From positions 1 through 64,000 of the IMG/VR virus record IMGVR_UViG_3300020045_002314: DNA of 64,000 nucleotides; one strand, written 5' to 3'. Shown here one piece after another: positions 20,781-35,700 of this stretch. The notes under the pieces were generated by a model. That model ran no database searches. It saw only the letters and a program-made list of their open reading frames with translations, and was not told where the DNA came from. The translations under genes and the position numbers were made by a program. Numbering within the stretch: the stretch's first letter is position 1; each line of letters begins with the position of its first letter. This DNA is from a virus.

Positions 20781-23700
20781 ATGGGATTTTCAAATATTAA
20801 ATCTAATTCTGTAGAATTAAATAATAAAGTATCTAATTTAAAAACAAACCCATCTAATAACAAGATGGGTTTTGCATCTATATCTAATCCTTATGGTACA
20901 GGATATGCAGATATAAAAGATGTAGGTAATTATACAGCTAGTGTAAATTTTGGTGTAACTAAAGATTATTTAAATCAATTTGATTTTAATGTAGGAGTAG
21001 GTATAAACCCTAGTGATAGACAAGCATATAATCAAAGTACACTTGATGTAATTGGTAATTCAGCAGGTAGATTAGTTACTGGTATAGTAGGCAAAACAAT
21101 AGAAGGGTTTGGTTATTTATTTGGAGCAATAACAGGAGGATTATATTTAGCAGGTGAAGCAACTTTTGGTAATACAGAAGATGGTAAAAATAATACTTAT
21201 AATTGGATAGAGGAAAATCCTATAACACAATTAGGTTCATTTCTTGATAAAGGTTTAGAAGAAAGTATGCCTATATATGGTTATGAAAAAGATAAAAATA
21301 CTATTGGATTCAATGCTACATTTATATCTGAATTAATGGATGGTATAGAATTTCTAGGTTCAGCATTTGTACCAGGTGTTATAATAAGTAAAGCAGGTCT
21401 TGGTGTTAAAGCAGCTAGTAGTATTGCTAATATAGGAAGTAAAGCAAGTAAATCATCTAGAACTATATTTAAACAAGCATTATCAGAATTATCAAAAGGT
21501 ACAGCTGAATCAATAAAAGCTGCTGATGAACTTATTTTAAACAGTATGAAAGCAGGAGAATTATCTGAAAATGCTGTTAAAGTATTAAGCACAATTAGGA
21601 AAACTGCTGACCCTGCACTTATTCATGTATATAATGTAGCAAGTGAATCTGCATTTGAAGCATTTGATGCAGGAGAACAAAAATCAAATAGTTTAATAGG
21701 GAAAGTAAATCCTGAAACAGGAGAAATATATACACCTGAGGAATTAGCTGTTATAAAACGTGATGCAGCAGGTAAAGTATTTTTAAATAATGTTGCATTA
21801 TTATCAGTTACTAATTTAGCTGAAACAATGGCTATATCTAAAATATTTAAAAAAGGTACAAACGCTTTTTCTACTAAATATTTAAATAAACTAGATGATG
21901 TTAATAAACCAACTACAAATATAACAAATAGTCGTAAGTTAAGAAACTTTGTATGGGCAGGTTCAAAAACATCTACAGCAGAAGCATTTGAAGAATTAGC
22001 ACAATCTAGAATACAAGAAGGTACAGTAGATGATAAAGATTCTGCAGATATATATAAAGGATTATTTAATAGTATGGCTAATGTATCATTCACTAATGAA
22101 GATAAAAAAGCAATGTTCTTAGGTGCTATTATAGGTTTTATACCAGGAGGTATAGGTGGTGTAACTGATATTAATAATAAACAAGCAGAAGCTAATAGAA
22201 AATATACAGCTTCTATGATTACTAATTCATTATTTCAAGGTGTACAAGATGATTTATTTGTAAGAGATGAAAATGGTGAATATAAAACTGAAAATGGTAA
22301 TCTAGTATTAGATACAGCTAAATATAGAGATTTTATAAATGGTTTAGAAAACAATGAAACAGATACTACAACTAATGGTAGAAAACTTAGAACACAAGGT
22401 ATTATTGATTCTAATCCTGATTTATATTTTCAAGGTGTGCAATTAGATATTCATACAGCTTTATCAAATCTTTATTCTAATAATGGAGAAATAACAGAAG
22501 ATGATTTAAATAACGTAATTGATAAACAAGCTAAGAATATAACAGAAGTATATAATACAGCTACAACTATTAAAAATAGAAATTTAGCTAAACAAATAAC
22601 TATTGATGAAACTAAAAGTAAATTAAAAACATTAAATAAATCTTTATTAACTAACTTTAAAAAGAATAAAGAAACAGCAAATGCACTTACTTTACTAAAT
22701 GGTTTAACTGGTTTAGAGGCTTCTAAATATGCTAATTATATTCAATATAGTTTAAATCATTTGAATCTTAAATTAAATATGAATGATACAATAAATTCAT
22801 ATTTTGAAAAGCTATTACCTAGTGAATATAGAGAATCTGATGGATGGAAGAAACAAATGTATAACACAATACATTCTTTATTAAATCCTGACACAACCAC
22901 CACCGATGGCACTAGAATTGATAATTTCATATCAGATGATTTAAAAGCATCATTAAAATCAGAATTAGAAAGTTTAGAACTTACTATAGATAATAAAGAT
23001 AAAACTAATGGTAAATATACTATTGTTAATTCAGAAGATAGTGAAATAGCTAATTCTTTAATTAAAAATCAATATGATAAAATATTTAATCAAGATGCTG
23101 TTAATACTTTAAATAATAGTAAAAATAGTTTAAAATTATTTAATAATTATAAAAAAGCTGATACAGAATCTAGACAATCACAACATGATATTTCATTTAA
23201 TAATAATACAAATATATTTAATAAAGCATTTGATAAACTTACTACAGAACTAAAAGATACTAACCCTGAAACAATTAATATTTCTGAATTAACTAATCAA
23301 GCTATTGAATTTGATAAACAATATCAAACAGAACAATCTATTATAAAAGGTAAGAAAATTAAAAGTACACCTTTTATAGATATGTTAAATAATAAATTAA
23401 AAACATTAAAGAAAGAATTTCCTAAAACAAAAATTGTTAAAGTAAAAGAAGATGTAATAACAACAGATACAGAACAAACTGTAGAAGATACAACAACAGA
23501 TACACAACAAAATCCATCCATTCTTTCTACTGGGGTTGAGGACATGACTACTAAAGGTTTTTCCAATAATCTAAAAACAGATACTGCAACAGCTATATAT
23601 ACAGAAGAAATAACAGATAAAGAAGGTCATAAAGATACTATTACTTATAGTAATTTAAGAACATTATTATTTAAAGATTATACACCTCTTTCAGTTAATG

Positions 23701-26700
23701 TACAAATTAATGATTTAGTTAAAGATATATTTAAAGGAATATTAACCGAATTAAATTCTGAAATATATAGTAAATATAATTTATTAAGTAAAGAATCTAT
23801 AGATACAATATTTACACAATATTCTGAAATACTTAAAGATTTTAAAACTAAAGGATATGAAATAAAAACTAATATTATTATCAAAGGTTTAGTTAAAAAT
23901 ATAAAATCTAATGAATTAACTAGAGTTGCTGATACTATAGATATAGTATTAGTTAATAAACGTGGTAACTTTATTATTTATAATGTATCTTCTAAATATA
24001 ATAATAGTACAGATGTAACAGCTTATAAAAAGTTATTAAATAGTCAACGTATATTCTTATCACAAAATACAACAGCTTTAACTACATCAATGTTAGTTAG
24101 TGAAGTTAATTTAAATAAAGTTACTAATGAATTTTATGATAATGCTACAGTTGTTAAACCATTTCTAATTGAAGCTATTAATGAAATTTCAACAACAGAT
24201 GTTTTAATTAAAGCACCTATTGATTATAAAGAAATGAGAACAGCAGATGTTGTTGTATCTGATAAAGAAAGATTCTTTGGTACAGAATTAGAAACTAAAA
24301 TTAATAATGCTATAATTAAACATTTAGAGAAATCAATATCGTCTAAATTAAATGAAACACAACGTACTGAATTACAGAAATTATTAAATAATTTTATAGA
24401 TGTTTTTAGAAATATTCAATATACTACAGATGGTAAATCAGGATTAGAAGCTATCTTCTTAGATAAAACTATAACTTATGATGATGCTATAATTGAATAC
24501 TTTTTATATTTTTATAATAGATATAATAGAGAAGTACTAAAACGTAATGATGAAGGTTTAGTATCATTAATTAAAACTATGGTAAATGATATTAATAAAA
24601 TTAAAGGATTAGAAAAAGTAACAATTGATGAATTAGGTATTTTAAAAACACGTAATAATATTGTTAATATTACATTTGAATTTAATGTAGAATTCTTTGT
24701 TAATATATTTACTAAAAAGACTAAACGTGATGTTAGAGAAATGTCAGTAAGTAATACTATTATATATAATGCTATATCAGATTATTCTACATTAAAAGAA
24801 ATTATACTTGGTGATAAAGGTATTTCTAATAATAGACAATTAGGAGTTATATTAAATGATATATTAAATAATAAAATAAAGTCTAACGAAACTCTTATTA
24901 AATTAATAAATTCTACAAAAGAAAAAGATACTAACTTATTTAATAATTTAGTACATTTAGCGATACTTAATAAAATATCTAATTTCATTACAGATAAAGA
25001 TATTTTAAATGAATTACATATTATTAAAAATGAATTAAGTAGTTATTATAAAGCTGATATTACAGTTGAAATAAAAGATGATAAAGGTGTAGTTACTAAA
25101 GAATTAAATATTAGTCCTGATGTAAGAACAGCAATTACTGAATCATTCGATGATATATTAGGTAAGAATATAGAACGTGCTTTAGAATTATTATCAAATG
25201 AAGTAGTATTAGAAAATAATCCTGTAGAAGAAATTATAGTTGAAAATAATAGTAATGATAAAATAGCTGATATAGAAAGAAGAAGACATGAAGAGTTAGT
25301 AAAACCTTTAGAAAAAGTTAAAAATTCAAAAAACAAAGAAGAATTAATTCAATTTTCAGAAGAATGGATAGGAATTAATCCTTATGACGATGGAGCTGTT
25401 TCTATGGGAGTTAGAGCGAATTTAATGACTCCTAATAGTTTTCAAAAAGGTAAAGAACTGTTTATAGAAGAATTCAAAAATACAACAGAAATAAGAAATA
25501 AACAAATCAATGCTAAATATGATGCAGAATTAAAAGCATTAAAGCAACAAAATATACAATCTAATAATCAAAATACAAATACTGAAATAAATACAATAGA
25601 TACTAATATTATAGAACCTATTGATATTATAGAACCTATTGATATTCCTCAATTAACTACATTAAATACTGATAATAGTTTAAGAATATTTTTAAATGAT
25701 TTCTTTAAAACAACTAATAAATCTACAAATGAAAATGGAGATGTTGTTTTAAATGATGATAATATTAAATTAATATATAATGATTTACAGAATTTAAATT
25801 CTAAAACTGAATATTATATTAAAAAAACTAATGTAAATAATTATAATATTTATACAATATATGCTAATATTGAAGGTATTGAAATACAAATTGGTACATT
25901 ACAACGGCAAATAGATGAAACATTTAATGATACATTAGAAGATGTTATAAGTTCTAAATTAGGATATGGATGGGCTGAATATATATATCAAGATATTATA
26001 TATAATTTAAATGAAGAAACAAGAACTAAATTATATGAACTTTTAAATACTGATAGTTTAATTACACCATTTAAACAAAGTGTATTAAATAAAGAATTAT
26101 TAGATAATATATTATCATTATTTCCAAATATTATAACAACTACTGTTAATAATAAAGAATATACTTTAACTAAAATGCAATATATAGAGTTATTGCAAAA
26201 CAATACTCAATATGCTAATAATCCTTCTGAATTCTTAAAGCATTTATCTAATTCATTTAGTGGTAAAAATGCAGCTAAAGGTAAGAATGTAGATTTCTTA
26301 ACTAGAATATATAATGATGCAATAACATCACAAGAAATTATAAAATCATTAACAACACAAGATAAAGTTAATTTAAAATATGTAAAATCATCATCAGGAC
26401 AATATAATAAATCTAATAAACAAAGACCTTTATTTGAAGTATTTGATAAAACTAAAGGTAGATTAGCACATTATTCTAATGGTATATTACAATATAGAAA
26501 TAGTGATGGAACAACGGATGCTGTGTATAATCAACAATTAATTGATACAGTACAGAAATTTAAAAAACCTAATGGTTATTATTGGGTTACTACTGAAAAC
26601 TTTAATAAATCTGAATTTCCTATTAAATTAGGACAACGTAATATAACTACAGATGAAGCTTTAAATATATATAATGAATTATTAAAGAATAATTATAATC

Positions 26701-29700
26701 CTATATATAAATTATTAACTACTAATAAAATAAAAGATTTATTAAAACAAGTATCAGGTATAGATAAAGATATTAAATCGTATACTAGTCAAGATTTAGA
26801 TAAAACTAAATTTATGGAATTAGCAACTAATACATTTGTTGATTTTATATTTGGTAATGATAACGTAAAACATAATAGAAGTTCTTATGATAATTTAGGA
26901 AGTATATTTACAACTGATGTAAATTATGTATTAGATAATGAAGGTAATAAAATAGGAGTTACTACACCATTTGCTAGTACAACAAATATTTCATATGTTG
27001 AAAGAGCATTTACATTAATTTTAGAATTAGATAATACACAAGTTAATAATATAACTAAATTTGATAATACTAATCTTAATAATATTAAAAATGGTGTAGA
27101 AGAATTATTTAATTCTAATCCTGATTTAGCAAATATTGGTACACAAGAACAATACTCTGCTTATCTTGATACTATATTTCCTGATAGTAAAGTTAAAGAT
27201 GTTGTTTATCATGGAGCTAATGAACCTATTGAAGGAGATAAATTTGTTGTAAGACCTGGTGCAACAGGTAATGGTATATGGTTTTCAGGTTCTAAACGAT
27301 ATGCCACACAAGTATTAAATAGAGCACCTCAGCAAGAATCTTTACTTGGAAGAAAGCTAAGAGGTGAACCTACAATGTATAGTGCTATATTAAATATTAT
27401 AAACCCTAAACATTACAAAGATGCAAGTGGAGCAATATTAGCACAAAGCCCTGAAAGATTTCTAGAAGGAAAAATAGAAGAATATAGATTACATGGTAAT
27501 GAACAATATAATAAAGATATAGATGACGGTGCATTATTTCATCATCCTAATTCAAAGAAACCAGATACAAGTGATTCTGCTGAACAAGTTGTAGTATTTA
27601 ATCCTGACCAAATACATATTCTAGGTTCTAAACAAGATATTGAAGGATTTAAAGAATTTATAAATGATACTCCAATAATTACAGATATTTCAGTACAAGA
27701 ATTAGAAGATATTTTAGATAAAGAAAAGCAAAAATTGTTAAACCCTTTAATTGAAGAGAAACAAGAATTAGAAACATTATTAGAAGAATATGAAGAATTT
27801 AAAAATATTAATAATATTAAAATAAAAGAACTTATTTTTTCTAATGAAATAAATATAAATTCTATTATTACTGATAATGTTACAGAAATAGAAATAGAAG
27901 AAATTGCTAAAGAAGAATATATTAAAATTGAAGAAGTTAAACCATTAATTGAAAAAACTTTAAATACTGTATTAAATGATAAACGTAAACTTACTAATTT
28001 AAATTCAAAATTAAAAACTATAATCTCAAAAATATTAAAAACAATATTAACATTAGGTATTATATTTACATTACATACAAATTTTAAAAATGATATTAAA
28101 GAATACAAAATAAAAGAAGTTATTAAAACTGAAGTAAATATAGATACTATTGATAATAGCTATGATAAATTAACTAATGATGGTAAAATAGCGTATTTAC
28201 AAGAAAAACAAAATAATAAAGCATTTATAATAATTGATAAACCTACAGCAACTGCATACATATATGATAAAGATGGTAAACTAATAAAATATTTTCCTGT
28301 ATTATTAGGACAAAGTATTGGCGATGAAATAAGTAAATCAGATGCAAATTCGGATGTAGCCGAAAATGCTTTTACAACAAGTGGACGATATGTATTACAA
28401 GCTGCTCCTGAAAAAGTTTTAAGTGAATACAATAATAGACTTATGTATATAGATTCTGAAACAGGATTGGCTATACATGAAACTTATAAAGGTGAATTAA
28501 AAGAACGTACTAAAGCTTTAAATACTCCAACTATAGATGATAATCGTAAAACATGGGGATGTGTTAATGTAAGTTCTGAAAATTATGATATTTACTTAGC
28601 TCCTCATATACAACCAGGAAGTGTTATTATTATAACACGAGATTTTCAAAATAATATTGTTAAACCTATAAATATACAAGAATCTAAAAAAACTTCTAAA
28701 CAATCAAATGTTAGTTTTAATATTTTAGCATTATTAGGATTATCTTCATTATTACGTAAAAAACAAATATCAAATTTATCAGAACAAGATATTGAATCTT
28801 TAAAAAATAGAATTATAGATATTAATAATAAAATTAATGAAATTAAAACCTATTATGCTAATATACGAATTAATAATAATTTAATACAAGAATTAGAAGA
28901 TGATGATTTACCTGATGTATTTCGTAGAACACCTATTAATCAAAAAGAAATTAATATTAAATCATCTTATGAATCAGCTAAACAATATCTTGAAGAAAGA
29001 TTAGGTAATGTTAAATTTAATTGGTTAAATGAATATGTTGAAAGAATACCTGATGTAAAAACACATGGGTTTGTAAGTAATGCTGCTATAACCTTAATAG
29101 AAGGTGCAGCATATGGTACAGAATATCATGAAGCATTTGAATATGTATTTAAATATTTAATTGGAGATACATATAAAAGTGAAGTTATTTCCGAAGCATC
29201 TAAATATTATAAAACAGATGATGTTAATTTATTAAGAGAACAACTTGCAGAAGATTATAGATTATATGAAATATTAAGAAATGAAGAGAATAAACCTAAA
29301 ACAATTATAGATTTCTTTAAACATCTATTTAAAACACTTAGAGAATTTATATCACTTAGTCCATATACTAAAAGATTATTTGAAGATATTTATAATGGTA
29401 GATTTGTTAATAAAGAAATATTGACAAATAATGAAAATGTAGGAATTATAGCTAATAATTATTTAAATTCAATTAAAGGATTTACACCTAGTAATTTAGA
29501 TAGTAGTATAAATCTTACAGTAGCCTTGATGGTAGCTGCTCAAAATCATACTCAAATTATAAATGGTAAGCGTGTTAAATTATCAGATATATCTATCGAA
29601 ACAATTGTTACTAATAAAACTGATGATGGTTCGTTTAATAATAAATATAATATTAAACACGTAGTTATTAATATATTAGCTAAAAAGATTAATACAATGT

Positions 29701-32700
29701 TTAAAGATAAATCAGAAGTATATAAAATTACTTATGATAAATTTAATGAACAATATATTACATCTTTAGATACTATTGAAGCAATTACATTTACTAATTA
29801 TTTAAATAATAATACAGCTATCCTAAATGATTTAAAATATAATAATACAGATGTATCAATATATTCTTTAGCTAGAAAATATATGAATGATAAATTATTT
29901 ACATCATTTTATGATATTAATGATTTAGAAGAAATTAAAGATAATAGAGTAAATGCTTTAACTAAAATGTATGATGAAAATATATTTTCAGAATCACATT
30001 CTTATAACTTTAGTCCTATTGTTAAACAATATCTTGCATCTATTAAAGAAAAAACATTTGATATAAATGGTGGAGTTATAGATAAATTAGATGATTTTAC
30101 AGGACTACCTAAATTTATAGATTTTGAAATATTATATAATAAATTAATTGATATTTTAGCAGGTACTCATACTATAGATGAAAAACTTAATGTACTTAAA
30201 ACACATTCTAATTTTCATCCTACACTTAAAGAAATATATAATAAACTTACAGAATTACAAGATAATAAATTAGCCAATGAAGATTTATATAATGCTTTTA
30301 TGTCAGATTTTACAGGTACATACTTTGATGAATATGCTACTAATCTTACAGAAGAAGCTATATATTTAAATAAATTAAATCAGACACCTAAAGAAAATAT
30401 ATTAAATACTATTAAAGGAAATATATATTCTAATCAAGCTATTACTAAACTTACTATAGAAGATTTAAAAGGATATTTAACTATTATAAATTCTAGTACT
30501 AACAATTCTGAAATTATGGATATGTTAGTTAAAATATTTAATTATATATCTGTACCTATTACTAAAGATATTTTATATAGTTATATAAAAGATGAAACTA
30601 TTAATATAGATAATAAAACTACTTTATTAAAATCATTAGTCACAGAAGATAAATTAAATGGATTACTTAAAGTTGTTAATTCTAGTAATAATAATAATAA
30701 AGATATTAATATCTATTTAGAAAAATATTCTGAAATGATTAATAAATATTCTTTAGCTAAATTAGAATTATCATATACCGATATTAATGGTAATAAGAAA
30801 TATTCATTTAGAAAATATAATACAATTAATGAATTCTTTAGTAAATTAAAATCTAAACATGAACCAAATCAAAATAGTGTTAAAGAATATTTAATGGAAT
30901 TAATGTTAGATAATTCATATCATTATTCTAATTGGTTATTTAATAATAAAGGATTATTAGTTAAAGAAGGTAGTAGAGTTTCATTAAATACAAATCTTGT
31001 ATCTAATTTTGATATAGCTTTATATGGAGGTAGTAAAAATGCTACTGGACAAACAAGTGGTTATCTTAGAGAAACTCACTTTGAACAAGCTATCAATAAT
31101 TTATCATGGTATATGAATTCAAAATTTATATCACCTATGCCTTTTGGAGATAGTACAAATCATTATATGATTAAAGCTATTAACTTTAAATTATTACCTA
31201 ATGATATAACCATTAAAGATAAATCAATTATATTAAGTGATAAATCAGATATATTTATAGCTTTACGTAATGTTATATTACAAGAGAAAATAAGAATGAG
31301 TGAAGCTAAAATGTATATGTATAATAAGGATGGTAAGTTAAAACCAGATTATGAATTAGAACAATTAAACCTTATTGAAAATGTACATTATAAAGTTGAT
31401 AAATCAGGTAATAGAATTTATAGAGATGAAAAAGGAAATCCTGTAGGTAATATATTTAAATTTAATAATATAGAACTTACAGAAGATATTATTTATAATG
31501 GTGAAGTACAACTTAATTTAGTCAATGAACAAGTTATTAATGATGCTATTCAGAAGCTTATTAATAATGAAATGAATTCAAACTTAGGTGTATTGTATAA
31601 ATCATTAAACTCTGAATTCCCTACTATATCTGATACAGAATTTAATAATATTATTTTAGAACTATTAATGAATACATTAATTACTAATGTTGAAATTGGT
31701 AATTTCTTCAATGGTAATATCATGCAACAAAGTAAAGTCGCAGGTGTTAATAAAAGAGCTAAAAAAGGTATTCAATTTGGTTATAATTTATATAGTAATT
31801 CAACATTATCTACAATTGTAGTAAATGATAGAATGATTAATTTAAATACCAAAGGTGAATCTAATCGTAAAGAAACATATACTAATATTATAAATAGAGT
31901 ATCTACTATTGTAAATACTAATTATAATAATAAATATAAAGATATTATATTAGCTAATATTAAATCTCAATATAGTGCTGATATTAATTCTACAGATGGT
32001 TGGTCTATAATGACTATAGACGGATATGTAAAAATGTATTTAGAAGGTAAAGGTAGATTTAACGATTATAGATATTTATTTAATTATACTAATGGTAAAT
32101 ATACACTTAAATCTAATTTATCTAAACAAGATATAAAAGCTGTATTACAAGTTATTAAACCTATTATGGTTGATATGAAATCTAATATTATAAAAGATGA
32201 TAAAACTGAATATCGTGTAAATGTAGCACGTTATGAAAAACTATCAATCTTTATAATAGATGAATTATTTGTACAACCTGATAGTGAAATGCAAGAATTA
32301 CTTACAGCGATGAATGAAGGTATTGATGGTAAACCTATAGACAGAATTATATTTGCATCAGGTAAGAAAGATGGTAACGTAAAAAGATATTCTATCTTTG
32401 ATGAAAATGCTAAATTTAATAAAGATTTATTTAAAGCACAACCACATATTGTAGAAGATATACCAGTATCAAAATATAAAATACAATTAGAAGTACCTGA
32501 TGATATTAGAGATAAAGAAATAAAAGTAGGAGTACAATTATATAAACATATAGCTAGTAATATAAATAATATACATTCTTACAAACCTTCTTTTTTAATT
32601 TCTAAAAATGATATATCAGGTAAACAATTAAAACAAGAACATCAAAATACATTTAGTTCTATAATTAAGAAACAATCAACTAATTTATTAAAAACATTAT

Positions 32701-35700
32701 ATGATAATTTAAATCTTAGAGATAATGCAGACCATACATTGATTTATAATAATTTAGTAAGAGCATTACAAGATAGAAATATACCTAATGATATTATTAA
32801 ATCTATTAAATTAATTAATAAAAAGATTGTTACAGATTTAGGTGCTAATGGTATAAATGATAAAATAGTACCAGTTATTAATTCATTATTTAGAAATAAT
32901 ATAACAGATACTAAATTAGAAGGTGGACATACTGTTATTTTATCTGATGCTTTTTCTAATACAAGTTTAAAAGATGCAGAATATTCTGATGATTTAAAAT
33001 GTTATGCAGATGAAAATGGTAATTGGGTTGTAGAAGTATATATGCCTGTATGGAATTCTGAATTATTAGATGAATTAGGTAATCCAGTTGATATATCTAA
33101 ATTAGATAATAAATTATTAAATGGGATTGGTTATCGTGTACCTATTACATCACAACATAGTATGGTTACATATAAAGTAAAAGGATTTACACCTCCAACA
33201 TCAGGTAGTGTAATTACATTACCTTCTAATTTAATAACACAAACAGGATGGGATTTTGATGTTGATAGTATTTATTTATTAACTAAAACCATAAAGAAGA
33301 TAAAAGGTAGATATTATGCTAATAGTTATAAACGTATAACTTATCAAGATTATTTAAATAATTCTATACTTGAAAATTATAACTTATCTGAATTAACTGA
33401 AATATCAGCTAAATATATAAGTTTAGATTCTGAATTAAAAACATTAAATAAATCTTTAGATAATGCTGAATTAAAAACATCTACTAATTATAAAGAAAAT
33501 TATAATAAATTACAATATCTATTAGAACGATATAATAAAGAGATAGATGTAGACAAAAAACAGAAGATGGAGAAAAGTCTATATAATTTAAGAGTTATGT
33601 TATTAATGGATGCTGCATTAGAAATAAATACAAATGTAGATGAAGAATTTAAATCTAAGTTTAAAACACTTAAAGATGAAAAAGATAAATATTTTAAAGA
33701 GATAACTAAATTATTAATTAATAAAGGTTTAATTTATAAAGAAAGTAAGTTTGAAGAATTAGTTAAATCAGATATAACTACTGTACTTACTATAGAACAA
33801 TTACAAAATAGAATGATTGATATATGGACAGATATGTTAAGTCAAAATAATGGTTTTATAGCAATGGTTACATCTTCTACAATTAAACCTAATGAATTAA
33901 TTAGAGATGAAATAAATACTATATTTGAAAGTAATAAAGTAAGTAAAAGCCCTATATTAGCTAGTAATAATTTTAATACAAGAATTAATACAACATCAGG
34001 AAAAGAGATGTTAGGTATTGCAGCTAATAGTGGTTCGATTATAACTATATTAGAAGAAGGTAGTGCAGTATTAAACTATGATTTACAAATACCTTATTAT
34101 ATTGAATATAATGATGTAAATTTAAATAATGTACAAAATGATTATGGTAATTATGAAGTTATTACATTTAATAATCGTAAGTATATTAAAACTAAATTTA
34201 AAAATATAGGTTGGAACGATAGTGGAGATACTAGAATGTTAACTAAATTATATGAAGATAATAACGATGTTGAATATACATATACTATTTCAGAATCTAT
34301 AGGTTGGGATACAGACCATTCAGTAGATATTAATTCATCGTTAATGCCTAGAAATATAAATCGTAATACAATAGGTACTAATATTGCAGCTAAAATGTTG
34401 AAATTACCACCTAGATATATTACATTATTATTTAATCAAAAAATCATAGATGATATGTTAAATTTAATAAATAAACATAATCCTAATGATGGTAGATTAA
34501 ATGCAAAAACAGCTATCGAAGATATTTATTTTACAATGTTATTTAAGAAATTAGCATATACTGATAATAAATTTAATAATAATGTTGAGTATGTAGAAAT
34601 GAATAGAGATTATATTAAACATAATACTGTATTATCGAATAAGTTATATAATGATAATAAAAGTGTATATGATATATTCAATATTGTAGATGAACCTTTT
34701 GATGAAGTTGATTTAAAAAACTTTATAATTGAAGGATTAGATATTCAAAAACAGCCAGTAGATAAACAAGTAGAGTTTATTAAGAAGCAACTTAATGTAT
34801 TTAAAATGTATAAATATTTGAATAGTACATCAGAAGCAATGTTAGGTGAAACATCTAAAATGAATGCTGATAAAATAGATTCAGGTATAACATTTGATGC
34901 TGTTACAGATTTAATTAAAGCTGTAGATAGTAAAGATAAAGTTGTTATATATACAAATACAGGTAAACCATTCTTAAAAGAATTATATAGTAATCCTGAT
35001 TTATATAAATTAATGTATACATATTATAAAGAAGGAGTTGAGAATTTATATAATATAGCTAAAGATTTATTTGGTTATTTAACACCTACTTTAAAAACTG
35101 AAATAGATGGATTCCATGAATTATATCCTTATGCTAGAAGAGAAGTTTATAAATTTATAAGAAGTATATATTATAGTATATATAAAGATTTTAATTTATT
35201 TAAATTAGCTAATGATGAAGTTAATCAAAATTTATATAACTTAAAAAATGATAATAGTTTAGTATCAAGAATAGTTAAATTAAAAAGTAAACCTGAAAAT
35301 CAACAACCTATTTGGTTACAATATATAAATGTTGTACCTTTTAGAAATAATCAAAACTACGCATATTTAACATTTACTAATTATAATAATAAAATGTTAA
35401 ATTATATACATGATAGTTTTAATAATTATATAGATGAAAACATAGAAGATAATTATACACTTGTTGAAGATTTAGTTAAATATGCTTATTTCAAAGAAGG
35501 ATTTACATATAAATATAGTAATATTTCTAATTTATTAACAGATTTTACATTTACTATTTTAGGTTTTAATGATTATAAAATAAATGCTTTTAATAAAATT
35601 AAAACAGATACTTTAAATTTAGATACAAATAATATATTATTATCATTCTTATTAACTAATAGATATGATAATCAGTTTGTACCTAAAGTAAAAGTAACTA

